A stretch of DNA of 64,000 nucleotides from Eledone cirrhosa (taxonomy: Eukaryota): contig OZ024742.1 of the NCBI GenBank assembly GCA_964016885.1, positions 55,738,001-55,802,000 of the forward strand. Direction: 5' to 3'. Numbering within the stretch: position 1 is the first letter of the stretch; the number at the start of each line of letters is the position of its first letter. The translations under genes were made by a program, and so were the position numbers. Shown piece by piece: positions 1-14,460 of the stretch. A model generated the notes under the pieces. It did no database searches, was not told the origin of the DNA, and saw only the letters and a list, made by a program, of their open reading frames with translations.

Positions 1-603
1 GCATGTCGGTCCCTCCCCGACAGGAAACACGTTTTGTCTAAGGATATGTACTCTTTGACATTGCTAGGCACAAATATCGTCGCAAGTGATTTATTTCCAG
101 TTGGGTGGACTAAATTGACGCGAAAGAAAGTGATATCCTTAAGGAAACATTGAGCCTTTATATTTGTCATCGAAAGATAATAACTCTTACTATCAAGAGG
201 TATGCAAGGACGCGTTTAAACAAATAATACATTTTGGCTAAAACATTGCACAAAGATTTTGTATATTTATTTTGCATCTGGAACCATCCTTCATGATAGA
301 TTTACCTACACCAATTCACCTCACGTTCTTTTTCCCAGTGGGAATTAACATAATGAGCTCAGGTTTCGATATATAAGCTAATATATATGACATTTACATT
401 TTAAGTCAACATACTAATGTAGGTATTAATTTACGATTAAATAGACCAATCATAGATTTGGAATCCCTTGTATAATACAGCGGCTGGAAAACTAATCATA
501 TTTATTCAATAAGAATATAATTCATTTCCTAAGAGAGAATCTTTAGCAGATTCATATTAAGAGAAAAGCATATTACATCATTACGAAGGTAATGGTTTAA
601 AGA

Positions 604-967
<364 letters not shown>

Positions 968-1071
968 TGATGAATCGAATACGTTATTAATAAATGAAAC
1001 AGAGTCTAGCAAAGTTTACGTAAATCCATAATCAAATTAATATCTCATATTTTTCTTTGAAAACATACGGA

Positions 1072-1166
<95 letters not shown>

Positions 1167-1169
<3 letters not shown>

Positions 1170-2814
1170 GGAGGTGAGTTTTATTGTAGCAGCACAATAA
1201 AGTAATGCAAATATCTATTAAGTAACACTCTACAGTTTGTAGGACTGGAGTATAAATAATATAAGATCAATGGTTTAAAGAGTTCCAAGTATTTTATTAT
1301 GCGTATTTCAAAAACAAATATCATCATGGGATGATATCTGCATTCTCATCAGATACAATAAGGCTACATGATATGAAGCTTAAAAAACACTTGTGAATAG
1401 TGGAGTTTTACATCAACATATGAAAAATAATTTAAGATTGATGTATGAGATTTGGAAAAAGTGAGGGGGGGGTAGGAATTGTAATTGCTCTGTTAGAACT
1501 AAATGTCCTCTCAATAACCATTGTCTTGATAAAGTCTATGATTGTAAGGTTATATTTGATACCAATTCCTTTACCTATTTCGGTTCCACTTCCACCTCCT
1601 TCAAAGCTATATTTTATAATCACAATTCGTTTTTAAATACCAACTTAAAAGAACTAACACGGCACTCTTAGAACTCATATAGTCCTTGAAAGACAAAAAT
1701 ATTAACTATAACATCTCTTGGAGAAAAGTTTGTTCTGCCTCTCCCTACTTGAATGACTCCCTATCCAGAACATGTAATCTTTGCCTAGCTGGGAAATTTA
1801 CCATTATATCTAATTTCAATTCTATAATAAATAGACGCACGGATTTATTTTCTCTCTGCTTGCATAAATTACACAGAACATTCCATAAAGTATACAGCTA
1901 ATATCTAATACCTTACTAGTTTAAAATCCTTTTTCTCAAACGCTTATATATCTTTTAAAAATATAACCATCTGTCTACCTTAATTCAATATTATCTATTA
2001 TATATTATATAATACAAGTTACTCATTCTATATCACTTTCCTTTCTTCCTCTTTTCTTTTTTACTTCTAACCTCTAATCTGTACTTTTTCTTCCTAACTA
2101 CTTCTCAATTCTTATTATTACTCACCACAACATTATCCATTCTTCCATCTTTCCTCATATTATTGGCCATAAAAATAATTTTTTTTTTAATACATTATAG
2201 TATTACCTTTAATAGTCCTTCGTGAACATAAACATTTTTTTTTTTACGTTAGATTTTTCTTCCTTAAATGTCTTTCATGCTCGTTTGACTTTTACATATT
2301 ACAATACATAAAAACAAACTTAAACCCTTACTAATTTCTTTTAATATATTATGTTATTACCATTAGAACATATTTCGTAAACAATTTTTGATGTTAGATA
2401 TTTTCTTCCTTAAACATTCTTTTCTTCTTTGCCTTCTGCGCTCATTTTTAAACAAACTATTTACGTACACATATTACGCACACATATTACATTACATAAA
2501 AACAAATTCAAACCCTAACTAATTCCTCTAAATTCATAGCTCATTCATTCTGCTCCTTCTTTTCACATTATATCCTTAATAACATTAATATTTTTATTTT
2601 AATAATACATATAAATAATTTATTTTCCTCGCACATATTATTAAACCCTTCAATATACAAACCTTAATTTAATATTATTCTTAATTACTTTTTCTCTTCA
2701 TGCATAAACCTCATTAAATTTTAATTTCAAATTCTTTTAAATTATCTATTATCTTCCAACGGGCTTTTTAACTTCTCTCTGTGAGACAATATATTTGTTT
2801 TTCTCAGTTGTAAA

Positions 2815-2900
<86 letters not shown>

Positions 2901-3187
2901 CACCCATCTCTCCTCCTCTCTCATCCTTCCTTCTTATACTCCTCCCCTACCATTCTTTACTCTCATCTCCTCCTCTTCCTTACATTTTCCAACCTCCCTC
3001 ACTTCTCATACATCAATCTTAAATTATTTTTCATATGTTGATTTAAAACTTCACTATTCACAAGTGTTTTTTAAGCTTCATATCATGTATCCCTATGTTA
3101 TCTAATGAGAGCGCAGATATCATCCCATGATATTTGTTTTTGAAATGCACATAATAAAATACTTGGAACTCTTTTAGCCATCTTCTG

Positions 3188-3279
<92 letters not shown>

Positions 3280-3345
3280 AGATCAGAAGATGGTTAAAAG
3301 AGTTCCAAGTATTTTATTATGTACATTTCAAAAACAAATATCATC
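1167..3345 (+). mobile_element. Penelope-like element family A, 5'-truncated (GIY-YIG remnant + 3' pseudo-LTR) with inverted pLTR copy at left end
   Basis: 1478-1900 translates to NCNC..KCPL..HCLDK..Y.C....TYFGSTSTSFK and KDKNINYNISWRKV..CNLCLAGKFTII..INRRTDLFSLCLH. 1262-1470 is the reverse complement of ~2990-3190. Flanked by (TA)n. A further short inverted piece lies at 3279-3345. Confidence 0.9.
1290..1360 (-). ncRNA. Minimal type I hammerhead ribozyme motif (family A pLTR)
   Basis: Minus strand reads TATTGTAT-CTGATGA-stem II-GAAA-TACGCA-TA-ATAAAATA. The partner copy at 3094-3161(+) has a mutated core (CTAATGA). Confidence 0.75.
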
Positions 3346-4529
3346 AAATATATATATTTATCTATACATGATAAAATGTTGTACGTTGCTTGAAGCAATG
3401 TGTATAATATATGACGTTAGGAGAGATAGAAGCCTAAACAAGTCAAAATGAAATGTAAGACGAGGTAACGAAAAGTAAGTTACCTAGTAATCTTTGTTTT
3501 GTTTTTTGTTGTTGTTGTTCGTTTTTATGTCCAATATTTCGGGACATAAAGGTCCCTTCTTCGGGGTTTAAGGAACTTTTGAATTTCCTCTCTTTGGGAT
3601 TAAATTTTGATTTTAATTAAAAATTTTCTAAGTCGTTTTCAAGTGTTTCTTCGCGGTTATTTTGCTCTTCACAAGAATGACGTCTATTGCCAATATAGTA
3701 TTTCGGAAATACTATTTATTCACAATACTTGTTTAAGGGCACCGGCCACCTACCACACACGCCAAGTTAGTGTCTTGGAGCTTGCACTTTGTGCCGGAAC
3801 CTCTGAATCACGCTGGCTTTAGGGAACACCAACTTACAACTTATTTTTTCTTTACAAACCTTTCAACCCCTAGTCTTAATGCCCCAGTCGTCTTCCTAAA
3901 ATATGCTATGGCATCTACTCTCTCACACACACTATACATACCTCCTCTATCCTATGTCACAAACTCGTTAAAACACACGTAAACACTTACATGCAAGTCA
4001 CAGTTGTTACATACATTACACGTACACAATATAAGCTGCAACATACTACACACGTTTAAATGTAATCATATACTCACATATACAAAAAGCCACCCCTCTC
4101 AAAGACATACTCAAACACTGCCAGATACTTTATACACCCACAGAGAATGCGTGCAAAATAGGGACGCACTCCACCTTACATTGATATTGTCTCGAATGAT
4201 CACAGTACTCCCAAAAGTATACATAATTTTCAATAGCGAGTCTATTTCCAGTCACACTATATAGTTGGATTTGTTATAAAAACAGAAACGAATAGTCTGA
4301 AATGAGATAAAAGAAATAAAATATATATCATAATACACGTTTTCAATGATATTCTATCCTAAGCTAAAAACTCAGTAGTATGTGTCATTATAGAGGGCTT
4401 CGCTCTTTTCTCTTTGGTCGATAGCTCCTGATGGAGGTGTAGAGGCCCCATAGTGACATCCTGTGTTTCTTGGAGAGGTGAAAGAATGTGGGAAAATATC
4501 TGCTGTCTGGGTCGAAGATGAATGGTCTC

Positions 4530-4660
4530 CAGTACATAATTGGTACTTGCTTTATTGCTCCCCAAATGATGAAAGGCAAATTTGACCTCGACGGGAATCA
4601 AATCGCAGAGAGCAGGAATGAACACCGCTAATTAATCTATCCGTAGGGATTTACCGATTC
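4530..4660 (-). mobile_element. Decayed tRNA-derived SINE fragment (same family as 27165-27584 and 37098-37277)
   Basis: GGTACTTGCTTTATTG..ATGAAAGGCAAATTTGACCTCGACGGGAAT matches the younger copies. Confidence 0.65.
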
Positions 4661-4710
4661 GATGCCTCAATAGATCACAATTTATATGCTTCCCTTATGC
4701 ATATTTGCAA

Positions 4711-5030
4711 AGGCACGTCGCTTAGTGTTTATGGCGTCTTGCTCGTGATCGAAAGATCATGAGATCGAATCCCGGTGGCAAAATGTGTCTTCAAGAAAGA
4801 TATTTCATTTCTCATTACTACAATTAATTCAGTTGGGGAAAAATGTGAGTTGTACAAATAAATCAAAAAGGCCGACCTAGTCACATAATGTGACACACTG
4901 AATGTCCTTGAGAACTGCGTTAAACATACGCATATCGGAGGACGCTTAGCCACTTGCAGTTCAGTATCTTCAGATGTTGTTCCATTATCGAATGATTTGG
5001 ATCACTCGTCGACGAAACCGAAGGAGGTCT
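4711..5030 (+). mobile_element. tRNA-derived SINE (second family, cephalopod-like)
   Basis: A-box-like GCTTAGTG.T, B-box-like GAGATCGAATCCC, then a TGTGTC.T..AG.AAGA.A.TT.ATTTC body resembling octopus SINEs as recalled. Confidence 0.7.
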
Positions 5031-5789
5031 AACACATATAGAGTGACACGGATATGTACTTTAATTTGATGATTAAATGTAGAAACTTGTAGACATCTTT
5101 AATAAAATATTAAACATCCAACAAATGTTTCATAGTAAAAACAAAATTCTTCATGTGTTTTATAATAGAGTCATTGAAAGAGACAAGTGCCGCCAATGAG
5201 AAAGTAATGAAGCAAAAACCTTTGTAGAAATTACTTCAAGTACTCTTAAATCATATTTAATCATATTTATTGGAGAATGAATATTTTTTAGAGACACAAT
5301 ACAGAATATTCTGTTTGATGTTCAAAATCGTCTTCCAGCAACCTATATGAAATGAATATATTCTTTAGTCTATAATCGATATCTGTTCCTGATTAACATG
5401 TCTACAACTTCATACCTTCTATTATACTCATACTGTTGAGATCATACAAAACACAGAAATGATATTTTGTTACAATAGTTAGTTCTACTTAAAGTAGCTC
5501 GTAATGCTTTATGGCACATATATGCTGCCCCCTCTCACTAAAAATATATTAAATAGTTCATCTTTTTCTTTTGATTAGTTTTTATTTATTCACCGTAGGA
5601 AAATAATATTACATTGCAGTTTGATTCAGTATATCTCTTCGCAATAACGTGTTTCAGTCACGCTGCACAGCAACTTGGATAAATGTTTATAGTATAATCT
5701 CACTTTTACTAATGTCTGGTGATATGAATTTAATAAAAGCAAACTACACAAGACCATCGTATATATATGTATATACGTTTAAATTTTGT

Positions 5790-7430
5790 GGTTTCCACTG
5801 GGTAGAATTGGTTATTCTGCAATGTTAACCTGACGTAATATGAGGAAAGCACTCGACGTAACGCAAATGATCCATCTTCAATATTGAATTATGTTGGTGG
5901 TGCGGGAACGGAGTAAATGTATTATAAAGTGAAATAACAGCAGGCCAAATATGTTGAATCTCCTTATTTTTTTATTACTGTAAACACTGCACATTTCAGT
6001 GGCTAGGTTTCGTAAAAACCCGGTGACCTCATCAGGTGTAAATTGCGCAGTAGATGTATACCAACGGGATTATGGTGAAGAGGAAAAATTGTGTGCTAAG
6101 TCTTTTGACTCAGAGACGGACGATGTAGCATACTGCTACATTGCTTGCCCTCCTCTGAGTGAAGTCGTTTTTAACAAACTTTTGCTAGCGGGTAGGTGGA
6201 TGAATAATCCACTTGGCGAGATAATCCTATATGCCAACTCCAGCAGGCTTTGGACAGAGGCCAGTGAGGCGGAAAGTATCGTGTTACAGAGAATGGTGAT
6301 TCACCAGGGTCTAGCTGAGGTGTATGCACTCACGGAAAGCATACTGGGATGGGGGTCAGGAATATATCAAATAGAGAAACAAATTTCCGGTTAGAAATGT
6401 ATATAATTAGGAGTTAGGGTTAAGTTTAGGAATTAGAGATTAAAACTGAGTGGTTAAATAAGGAGACCAGTTACGTTAATGATTCCAATTATAGAGTTGG
6501 GTAAATCAGGGACCTAATAAGACAAATAACACAATGTTAGTTAAGCTAAGCTCAGTTGCTATCTGCTTCTAATTCCCCTCATAACTCAATGGTATATTAA
6601 ATTACGATAGTAGTAAGGTATAGAGGTTAACAACAACTAACAATACTCGACTTGAGCACTAACTTCACTAGCATGGATGGCTACGAATACATGGCATGTT
6701 ACGACACCGGCTGGCTATGGTTACCCTTTTAACTGCATTCGGGGAGACTGTGTTGTCCACCCCTTTGCGTGCTTGGAAACAAACTTAATTTCCCTTTTCT
6801 ACGGTAAACCGTAATTACTCGGAACGGTCGACGGACCTTTGGGCCCTGTGTGTGTTGGGGGAAGAGCCAACTTTCTCAGGTGTTGGTAACCGCCATACCT
6901 TACTACTGTGTACATATATATTTTAATTAAACAATTCTGATGATTGGATAATTATTTGTGTTTGTTTAATTGAGAGCTTTTATTCGGAATGTTGAGCGGA
7001 AATATTTTTTCCTTTGTTAACACTTTGAATTTACCCGCCAAAATCCGGGGTTTGCTTCGCTTGTTGGAAATAACGTGACAACGATACGTTTGAAGGCTGT
7101 CTATTTTAGTGATCGCATTTAGTGTGTTCACACCAGTTTGAGGCAATAGAACGGAATGCTTGTTGATGAAATGAATCCCCTGTTTGATAACGGAATACTA
7201 CAAGCTTACGTATTACGTAAGTTGGATAGATGATTTCAGTTTCATAGAAACATATCAGACGTATTGCAGAATATCGTCCGATTTGTCCAGGTCTGTTCTT
7301 TAATCTGATTAGTTCTTTCGTTACTTTGGTATTGTATGGTTGGGTTTTGCCTACCGCAATTTTCAATTTGTCAAGCTATTTAAACGTATATTATTACTCT
7401 AAGGACCTACCCTTATTGAATGGTTTGTTA
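5790..7430 (-). mobile_element. Old decayed Penelope-like element (family E pLTR plus ORF remnants)
   Basis: 5800-6050 aligns with 54185-54350 and the reverse complement of 54690-54770. It includes CTGATGA..GAAATGTGCA on the minus strand (~5985-6040). 6950-7300 shows weak similarity to the PLE thumb/linker (AGKFKVLTKEKIFP..LNKH). Confidence 0.5.
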
Positions 7431-7499
7431 ACTCATTCCTTATTATAGCTCGAATTTGCTTGACCACAGCCAAAGCTTCGATTTTACTAAGCTTCCACT

Positions 7500-7586
<87 letters not shown>

Positions 7587-7929
7587 TGTGTGTGTATGTG
7601 TGTGTGTGTGTGAGGTGGGAAATAGCACGGAAAATATATTTTAGGGTCTGTTTTTCTTTCTTAGATTCGTCAAAGTGACATTATTGAACAAATGAGAGGG
7701 ACATTTCTTTTAAACAAGAGTGTTCTAATGTATATAAAGTATATAAAGTATTACCGGTTTGCATTATTAAAATTCATCTTATCAAATGTTGAATATTATA
7801 ATTAAAAAGAATTAAGAATCAAAAACTGAAAATTAAAGATTTAAAATTAAGAGGTAATTTTTTAACTTCTTTGTTCAGAAGGATACTGGAGAATCCTATA
7901 TATATATACTGTAGAACCCTATACATATA

Positions 7930-8335
7930 AATGGCTACAAAATAAATTATACGGGCGCGGAACTTGTTCACGTGACAGTTATAATTTCATTTATAACCAA
8001 TCAAATTGCATTTTTTTTAAAATCCTACGGGAGCCACTTTTTTCATTGTCATAAAATTATGTAAAAGGCTACAAAATAAATTTCCAAATACGGGCGCGAA
8101 ATGTTAATGAACTTATTCACGTGACTGCACAATTTCATTTATAACCAATCAAATTACATTTAAAAAAAAAAAAAACCCTTCGTGAGCCACATTTTTATTG
8201 TCATAAAATTCTCTAAAAGGTTACAAAAGAAATTCCGAAATACGGGCGCGAAATTTAATGATTTCATTTATAATTTCATTTATAACCAATCAGATTACAT
8301 TTTTTTAAAAAAGCCTTCGTGAGCCCCTTTTTTAA
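7930..8335. repeat. Three ~135-150 bp tandem repeats
   Basis: The unit GG(C/T)TACAAAA..ATACGGGCGCG..(CACGTGAC)..ATTTCATTTATAACCAATCA..GAGCC occurs three times. Confidence 0.9.
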
Positions 8336-8399
8336 GTAAAAAGTAATTCATATATGAAAAAAACAACCTGACCCCCCCCCCCTTGTTTGAAGAACTTTG

Positions 8400-10222
8400 T
8401 AACGCAAATTGGCGCGAAATTCATTATACTTATTGACCAACCAATAAAATTACTTCTCTAAAAACCTGGCGTTTCGAGCCACTTTTTTCCATATAAAACA
8501 AGTAACATTCAAAGACCAACCAGATGTAAGAAAAACCACAGACCCTCCATCTCAACTCTACTTTTGAAAAGCAGAAGAACTGCGAAACCGGTAAAGGAAC
8601 CAAATAAATATATATATTTTTAAAAAAATAAGACTCCTGTTGCATTATCGATTTCATCTTTTTTTCTTTATATATATATATGTGTAATGTGTGTGACGTG
8701 TGTATGTTTTCGTAGGTGATTGTATATGTGATCACGTCCAGTAACTCAGCTGTTCGGCCAAAAGACAGAGATCAAGGATATATGTACCAACCTTCAAGCA
8801 AATGCGTATAGTGTTAGATATTATGAAGTAAATCAACGCGATGTTCCACTAAGACAGTAGTTTCAATATAAAAACAATTAAAATAATAAAGAAATAAATG
8901 CATGGTATATGGTACCATCTCGTCTTTGTTGGTAAAATTCACGTATGCTATTCAATCCTGAAGAAATATTAAGTGACAAAGAATGTTCTAATCATTCATG
9001 CTATATCTACTACCGGCTTTAGAATTTATAAGAATGAGTTGCTGTAACGTGAATTCATAATGGGAGTATTATATTATATCTAATACAAAGCATCCACTGC
9101 TGACGATTAGTTTTTAATATAATTTCATGAAGTATTTTATTTATATTATATACTAAATATCTACTTTGAGCAAATTCTGGTGACGACTAGTTTGATAATA
9201 TATTCCATACAATCGCTCCTCCGTAAAATCGGAGCTACAGCAGCCCATTTGAGGAAAGAGCCCGTGAGGTGGGTTGGCTGTTACAGTGGGTCGGCGGAGA
9301 TGCATTTACAATTTTTTTCCACGGGGCGAAGCCGAAACACTTCTCTGATGTAGGTTTATACTCTACCACCCTCCGCTTTCCGCTTTTCTTTCTTCCACTG
9401 CCTAAAATACCTTGCATTTTCCCTGATTTGTCCCAAATTTATGGCATTTATGGCCTTTTCCTTTACTTTCCCATTTTTCCTTCTTCTTTTTCTTTCTTAA
9501 AATTAGTTTTATCCTTTTTTTTATATTTTCATCGTTATATAACTATGTTTCAATAAATTCATTTCTAGATATATAGTAACCCAAACCTCAGCAAAAATTG
9601 ATATTACAATCAAGAAGATTGGATACCTGATTAGAATATCAAATTTAGGTGTTTAACCTATCGTATATACATTTAAGTATTGATATAAGTCAATGAATCT
9701 GAACATGATATGGCGTGTAAATATATATATATATACGTATATATGGGAAAATGCATGACCCCGACGGCTGAACTTGCCTGTAGAACAATGAGGGATGGGT
9801 GGAGCCGGTTAAGCGTTGAAAGTGAATTCTATACAGCACATTCTGAGACGTCTGAATTCTATACAGCAAATAGAGACGTCTGAAATCGGTCATCGAAATC
9901 TGACGAGCGAGTTCTTCTTAAGAATATTTTGTTTTCCTTTACCGGTTTCACATTTCTTATGCTTTACAAAAGTAGAATTGAGATGGAGGGTTTGTGGTTT
10001 TTCTCGCTTATGGTTGGCGTTCGAATGTTACTTCAGTTTCATCTGGAAAAACGTGGCTCGAAATGCTAGGTTCTTTAGAAAAGTAATTTGGTTGGTTGAT
10101 GGAGTCACGTGAATAAACACATCAACTTTCGCGCCAGTTCGAGGATTATTTATTCTCATTTTTACTTTAAAATAAATATTCTGAAAAAGATTGGAGATGC
10201 ATTTTCGATATCATCTTTTTTT

Positions 10223-10290
<68 letters not shown>

Positions 10291-10437
10291 GTAAATCTAA
10301 AATGCAGCTGCATTTCCGAGTCTTTTTAAGAAAATATAATTTTAAGTGAAAATTACAATAAAGAATCCTCAAACGCTAAGTGGCGCGAAAGTTGATGTGC
10401 TATTCACGTGACTGCATCAACCAACGAAATTACTTTA
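8400..10437. repeat. Dispersed repeat family in inverted arrangement (8400-8670 vs 9925-10230; 10105-10230 vs 10285-10437); another copy at 21610-21790
   Basis: Shared CCTTACCGGTTTC.CA.TTCTT.TGCTTT.CAAAAGTAGA.TTGAGATGGAG segment in opposite orientations. Confidence 0.8.
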
Positions 10438-10529
10438 TATATCTATATATCTATATATATATATTATATATATACATATGTATATGTATATAATATATAA
10501 GATCAAAAGATGGTTAAAAGAGTTCCATG

Positions 10530-10600
10530 TATTTTATTATGCGCATTTCAAAAACAAATATCATCATGCAGTAACATTTGTGTTTTCATCAGATAAAATA
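10530..10600 (-). ncRNA. Hammerhead ribozyme motif, intact core
   Basis: TATTTTAT-CTGATGA-AAACACAAAT..ATTTGTTTTT-GAAA-TGCGCA-TA-ATAAAATA: 8-bp helix I, with the palindromic helix III typical of PLE minimal HHRs. Confidence 0.88.
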
Positions 10601-11599
10601 GGAAGACATGATATGAAGGTTAAAAAACACTTGTGGATAGTGCAGTTTTAAATCAACATATGAAAAGTAGTTTTAGATTGATGTGTGATATTGGGAAAAC
10701 AAATTTTTGAGGGGGGGGGGGGGCGGAGGTTGGAAAGGATGAAAAAGAGGAGGAGATGAGAGTAAAAAGTGGAGGGGGAGGAGTATAATGAGGAAGGATG
10801 AGATAGGAGGAGAGATGGGTGATAGAGAGAGAGAGATATCTTTTATAACTGAGAAAAATATATTGTTTTACATAGAGAGGTTGAAAAACCGTTGGAAGAT
10901 AATGTATAAATTAAAAGAATTTGAAAATTAACGAAGAGAAAAATAATGTAAAGTTAAGGTTTGTATATTGAAGGGTTTAATAATATAATAATATGTGCGA
11001 TGAAAAGAAATTGTTAATATGTATTAAGAATAATATTTAAGGGTTTAATAATATGTGCGATGGAAAGAAAATGTTAATATGTATTAAGAATAATATTTAA
11101 GGATTTAATAATATGTGCGATTGAAAGAAAATGTTGATATGTATTATTAAAAATAGCAAGCAAAGGTAATGTAAGTAAGGATATATTGTGAAAAAAGTAT
11201 AAGATAGGATGAAATAGATGAGCATGAAAGTGAGAAAAAAATAATGAATTGAGGATGAATAATCTAACGTCAAAAAAATGTTTATGTTTACGAAGGATTT
11301 CTTCAAGGTGATATAAAGTAAGAATATATTGTATTGTGTAATAATTGTTTCTATGTTAGGCACAGTGAGAAAAAGGTACAGATTAGGGGTTAGAAATTAA
11401 AAGAAAAAGAAAAGAAAAGGAAAAGGAAGAAAGGGAAGTGATAAATAGGAGTGATATAGAATGAGTAACAAGTATTATATAATGTATAATAAATAAATTT
11501 GAAATAAGGTAGAAAGATGGGTATATTTTTAAAGAAGTATATATATATATATATATGTGCCTTTGAGAAAAGGATTCTAAATTGATAAAGTATTGGATA

Positions 11600-13350
11600 T
11601 TAGCTGTATACTTTATGGAATGTTCTGTGGAATTTATGCAAGCAGACAGAAAACAAGTCAGTGCGTCTATTTATTATAGAATCTAAATTAGATATAATGG
11701 TAAATTTTTTATTTAGACAGAGATTGCAAGTCTTGGATAGATTACTGTTCAAGTATGGAGAAGTAGAAGAAACCTTTGTCAAAGAGATGTTATATTTAAT
11801 ATTTTTGTCTTTCAAGGACCATATGAGTTCTGAGAGAGCCGTGTTGGTTCTTTTAAGTTGGTATTTAAAAGACGAATGATGATTATAAAGACGAGCTTTA
11901 AAGGAGGTGGAAGTGGAGCCAAAATAGGTGAAGGAATTGGTGTCAGTTATAACTTTACATTCGTAGATTAAATTTTTATCAAGACAATGGTTGTTGAGAG
12001 GACATTTATTTTTAACAGGGCAATTGCAATTGCGATTAGAGAGATTATTACGAGAGACCTAGTGTTATCTATAGAAGGAATTGGATTGGAGAAGTTATTT
12101 GCGATAGGAATAATAGTTTCTTGATTTTGAATGGGATTAAGAACATTTAGCGAAGTTGTGTTTGACGTTGTATTTGGGTTTGCAGAAATTAGCCTAGAGT
12201 TTACAATGACGTCGGGAGTACTATTACTATTATTATGATATTCAGTGTTGGAAGGAAGAGATTTAGTATTTAGTATTTTATTGTTGTGTTTAGAGATAAT
12301 GTTGGAAATGTTGGAGGATGTCGAATAGGAAAATGTTATAGTGTGTTTGTTAAATATTTTACTATAGATATGTGAGGGAGGGAAGCATTTATTTAAGGCA
12401 CTAAAGAATAATTTAGGAATATTATTATTAATAGAGATGGATAAAGGAGAATTATACCAGATTATGTTTTTGTATCTAGGTCTTTTATGAAAGTTATTGG
12501 AATGATCATGATTAATTATTCTACTGTAAGATCTTCTAGAATTTGTTTCTTTACTATATTTGATTTTATCAGGATAGCCGGCTTTAGAAAGCGCGTTATT
12601 ATAGTAATTGGCGTTAGCATCAAAGATGTTTTTATTAGAAGATAGGTTAGATATTCTTTTTCCAATATTACTAACTATAGCATTCTTAATATTAATAGGG
12701 TGGTTAGATTTAAAATTAACATAATTTAGATTCTCATTGTTTTTATGGTAAGGGTAATATAGGCCAGTGTCAAGATTAAGAGATACATCCAAGAAATTTG
12801 TTAGTTTGATGCTGTTATCAAATTCAATTTTTAAGTTATGTTGGTTAAAGAGATTACGTATATTGTTCTTAATAATATTAAGGTTAAATATGTTGCAATT
12901 TAAGATAGTAAAGAGTCCATCGTCACGATAAATTCCACCGCGAAGTTGAGGAATTTTCCGACTCAAAGAGTTCAAAATAAAGATACCAATTAAATCTGTC
13001 AATTGGGATGAATCGGATGCAACCATTGTGATGTCGAAGTTGTTAGAGGTATCAGCTCTGGTCCAATATTCATTGTTGAACTCTAGGATGGTTTTACGTG
13101 CGGTGAGAATGATGTGAAGTTCATCTGTGGTGATGTCAGAATATTTAAATGCGAAAGATAGAGCATTGTTGAGAAGTGAAGGCGAAATAGAAGAATAGTA
13201 GCTGGCAATATCAAATTGAACAAATTTTAGTTTGTTTTTATTATTCAATTTGTTGAACCAGCCAATCACTTCAGAAGTACCAAACCATAAGTTTAAGTTC
13301 AAAGAAGAGCAATTAGAACGAACCTGTAGGATAATTCTATCCAAGATGGC
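11600..13350 (-). pseudogene. PLE reverse transcriptase + Asn-rich linker + GIY-YIG endonuclease (5'-truncated, frameshifted near 12050)
   Basis: Motifs FVQFDIASYYSSI, GGIYRDDG, NFLDVSLNL, YVNFKSNHP, IIWYNSP; then, in another frame, CNC..KCPL..CLDKNLIYEC..TYFGSTST and CNLCLNKKF..INRRTDLFSVCLH. Confidence 0.92.
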
Positions 13351-14389
13351 ATTACTAACATAATTTAGGTTCTCATTGTTTTTATGGTAAGGGTAATATA
13401 GGCCAGTGTCAAGATTAGATTCTATAATAAATAGACGCACTGACTTGTTTTCTCTCTGCTTGCATAAATTCCACAGAACATTCCATAAAGTATACAGCAA
13501 TTATCCAATACTTTATCAATTTAGAATCCTTTTCTCAAAGGCACATATATATATACTTCTTTAAAAATATACCCATCTTTCTACCTTAGTTCAAAGTTAT
13601 TTATTATACATTATATAATACTTGTTACTCATTCTCATCACTCCTATTTATCACTTCCCTTTCTTTCTTTTCCTTTTCTTTTAATTTCTAACCCCTAATC
13701 TGTACCTTTTTCTCACTGTGCCTAACATAGAAACAATTATTACACAATACAATATATTCTTACTTCATATCACCTTGAAGAAATCCTTCGTAAACATAAA
13801 CATTTTTTTGATGTTAGATTATTCATCCTCAATTCATTATTTTTTTCTCACTTTCATGCTCATCTATTTCATCCTATCTTCTACTTTTTTCACAATATAC
13901 CCTTACTTACATTACCTTTGCTATTTTTAATAATACATATCAACATTTTCTTTCAATCGCACATATTATTGAATCCTTAAATATTATTCTTAATACATAT
14001 TAACAATTTCGTTTCATCGCACATATTATTAAACCCTTCAATATACAAACCTTTACTTTACATTATTTTTCTCTTCGTTAATTTTCAAATTCTTTTAATT
14101 TATACATTATCTTCCAACGGTTTTTCAACCTCTCTATGTAAAACAATATATTTTTCTCAGTTATAAAAGATATCTCTCTCTCTCTATCACCCATCTCTCC
14201 TCCTTCCTCATTATACTCCTCCCCCTCCACTTTTTACTCTCATCTCCTCCTCTGTTTCATCCTTTCCACCCACACCCCCTCAAAAATTTGTTTTCCCAAT
14301 ATCACACATCAATCTAAAACTACTTTTCATATGTTGATTTAAAACTGCACTATCCACAAGTGTTTTTTAACCTTCATATCATGTCTTCC

Positions 14390-14460
14390 TATTTTATCTG
14401 ATGAAAACACAAATGTTATTGCATTATGATATTTGTTTTTGAAATGCCCATAATAAAATA
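14390..14460 (+). ncRNA. Hammerhead ribozyme motif, intact core
   Basis: Same layout as 10530-10600; the helix III palindrome is mutated to TGCCCA. Confidence 0.82.

Noticed and set aside
5999-6394. 131-aa ORF as a host exon
   Set aside because: No recognisable motif; it overlaps a decayed repeat in antisense.
11968-13500. 510-aa ORF as an intact protein
   Set aside because: Its N-terminus is read from the inverted arm and junction patch, and its C-terminus is out of frame with the endonuclease.
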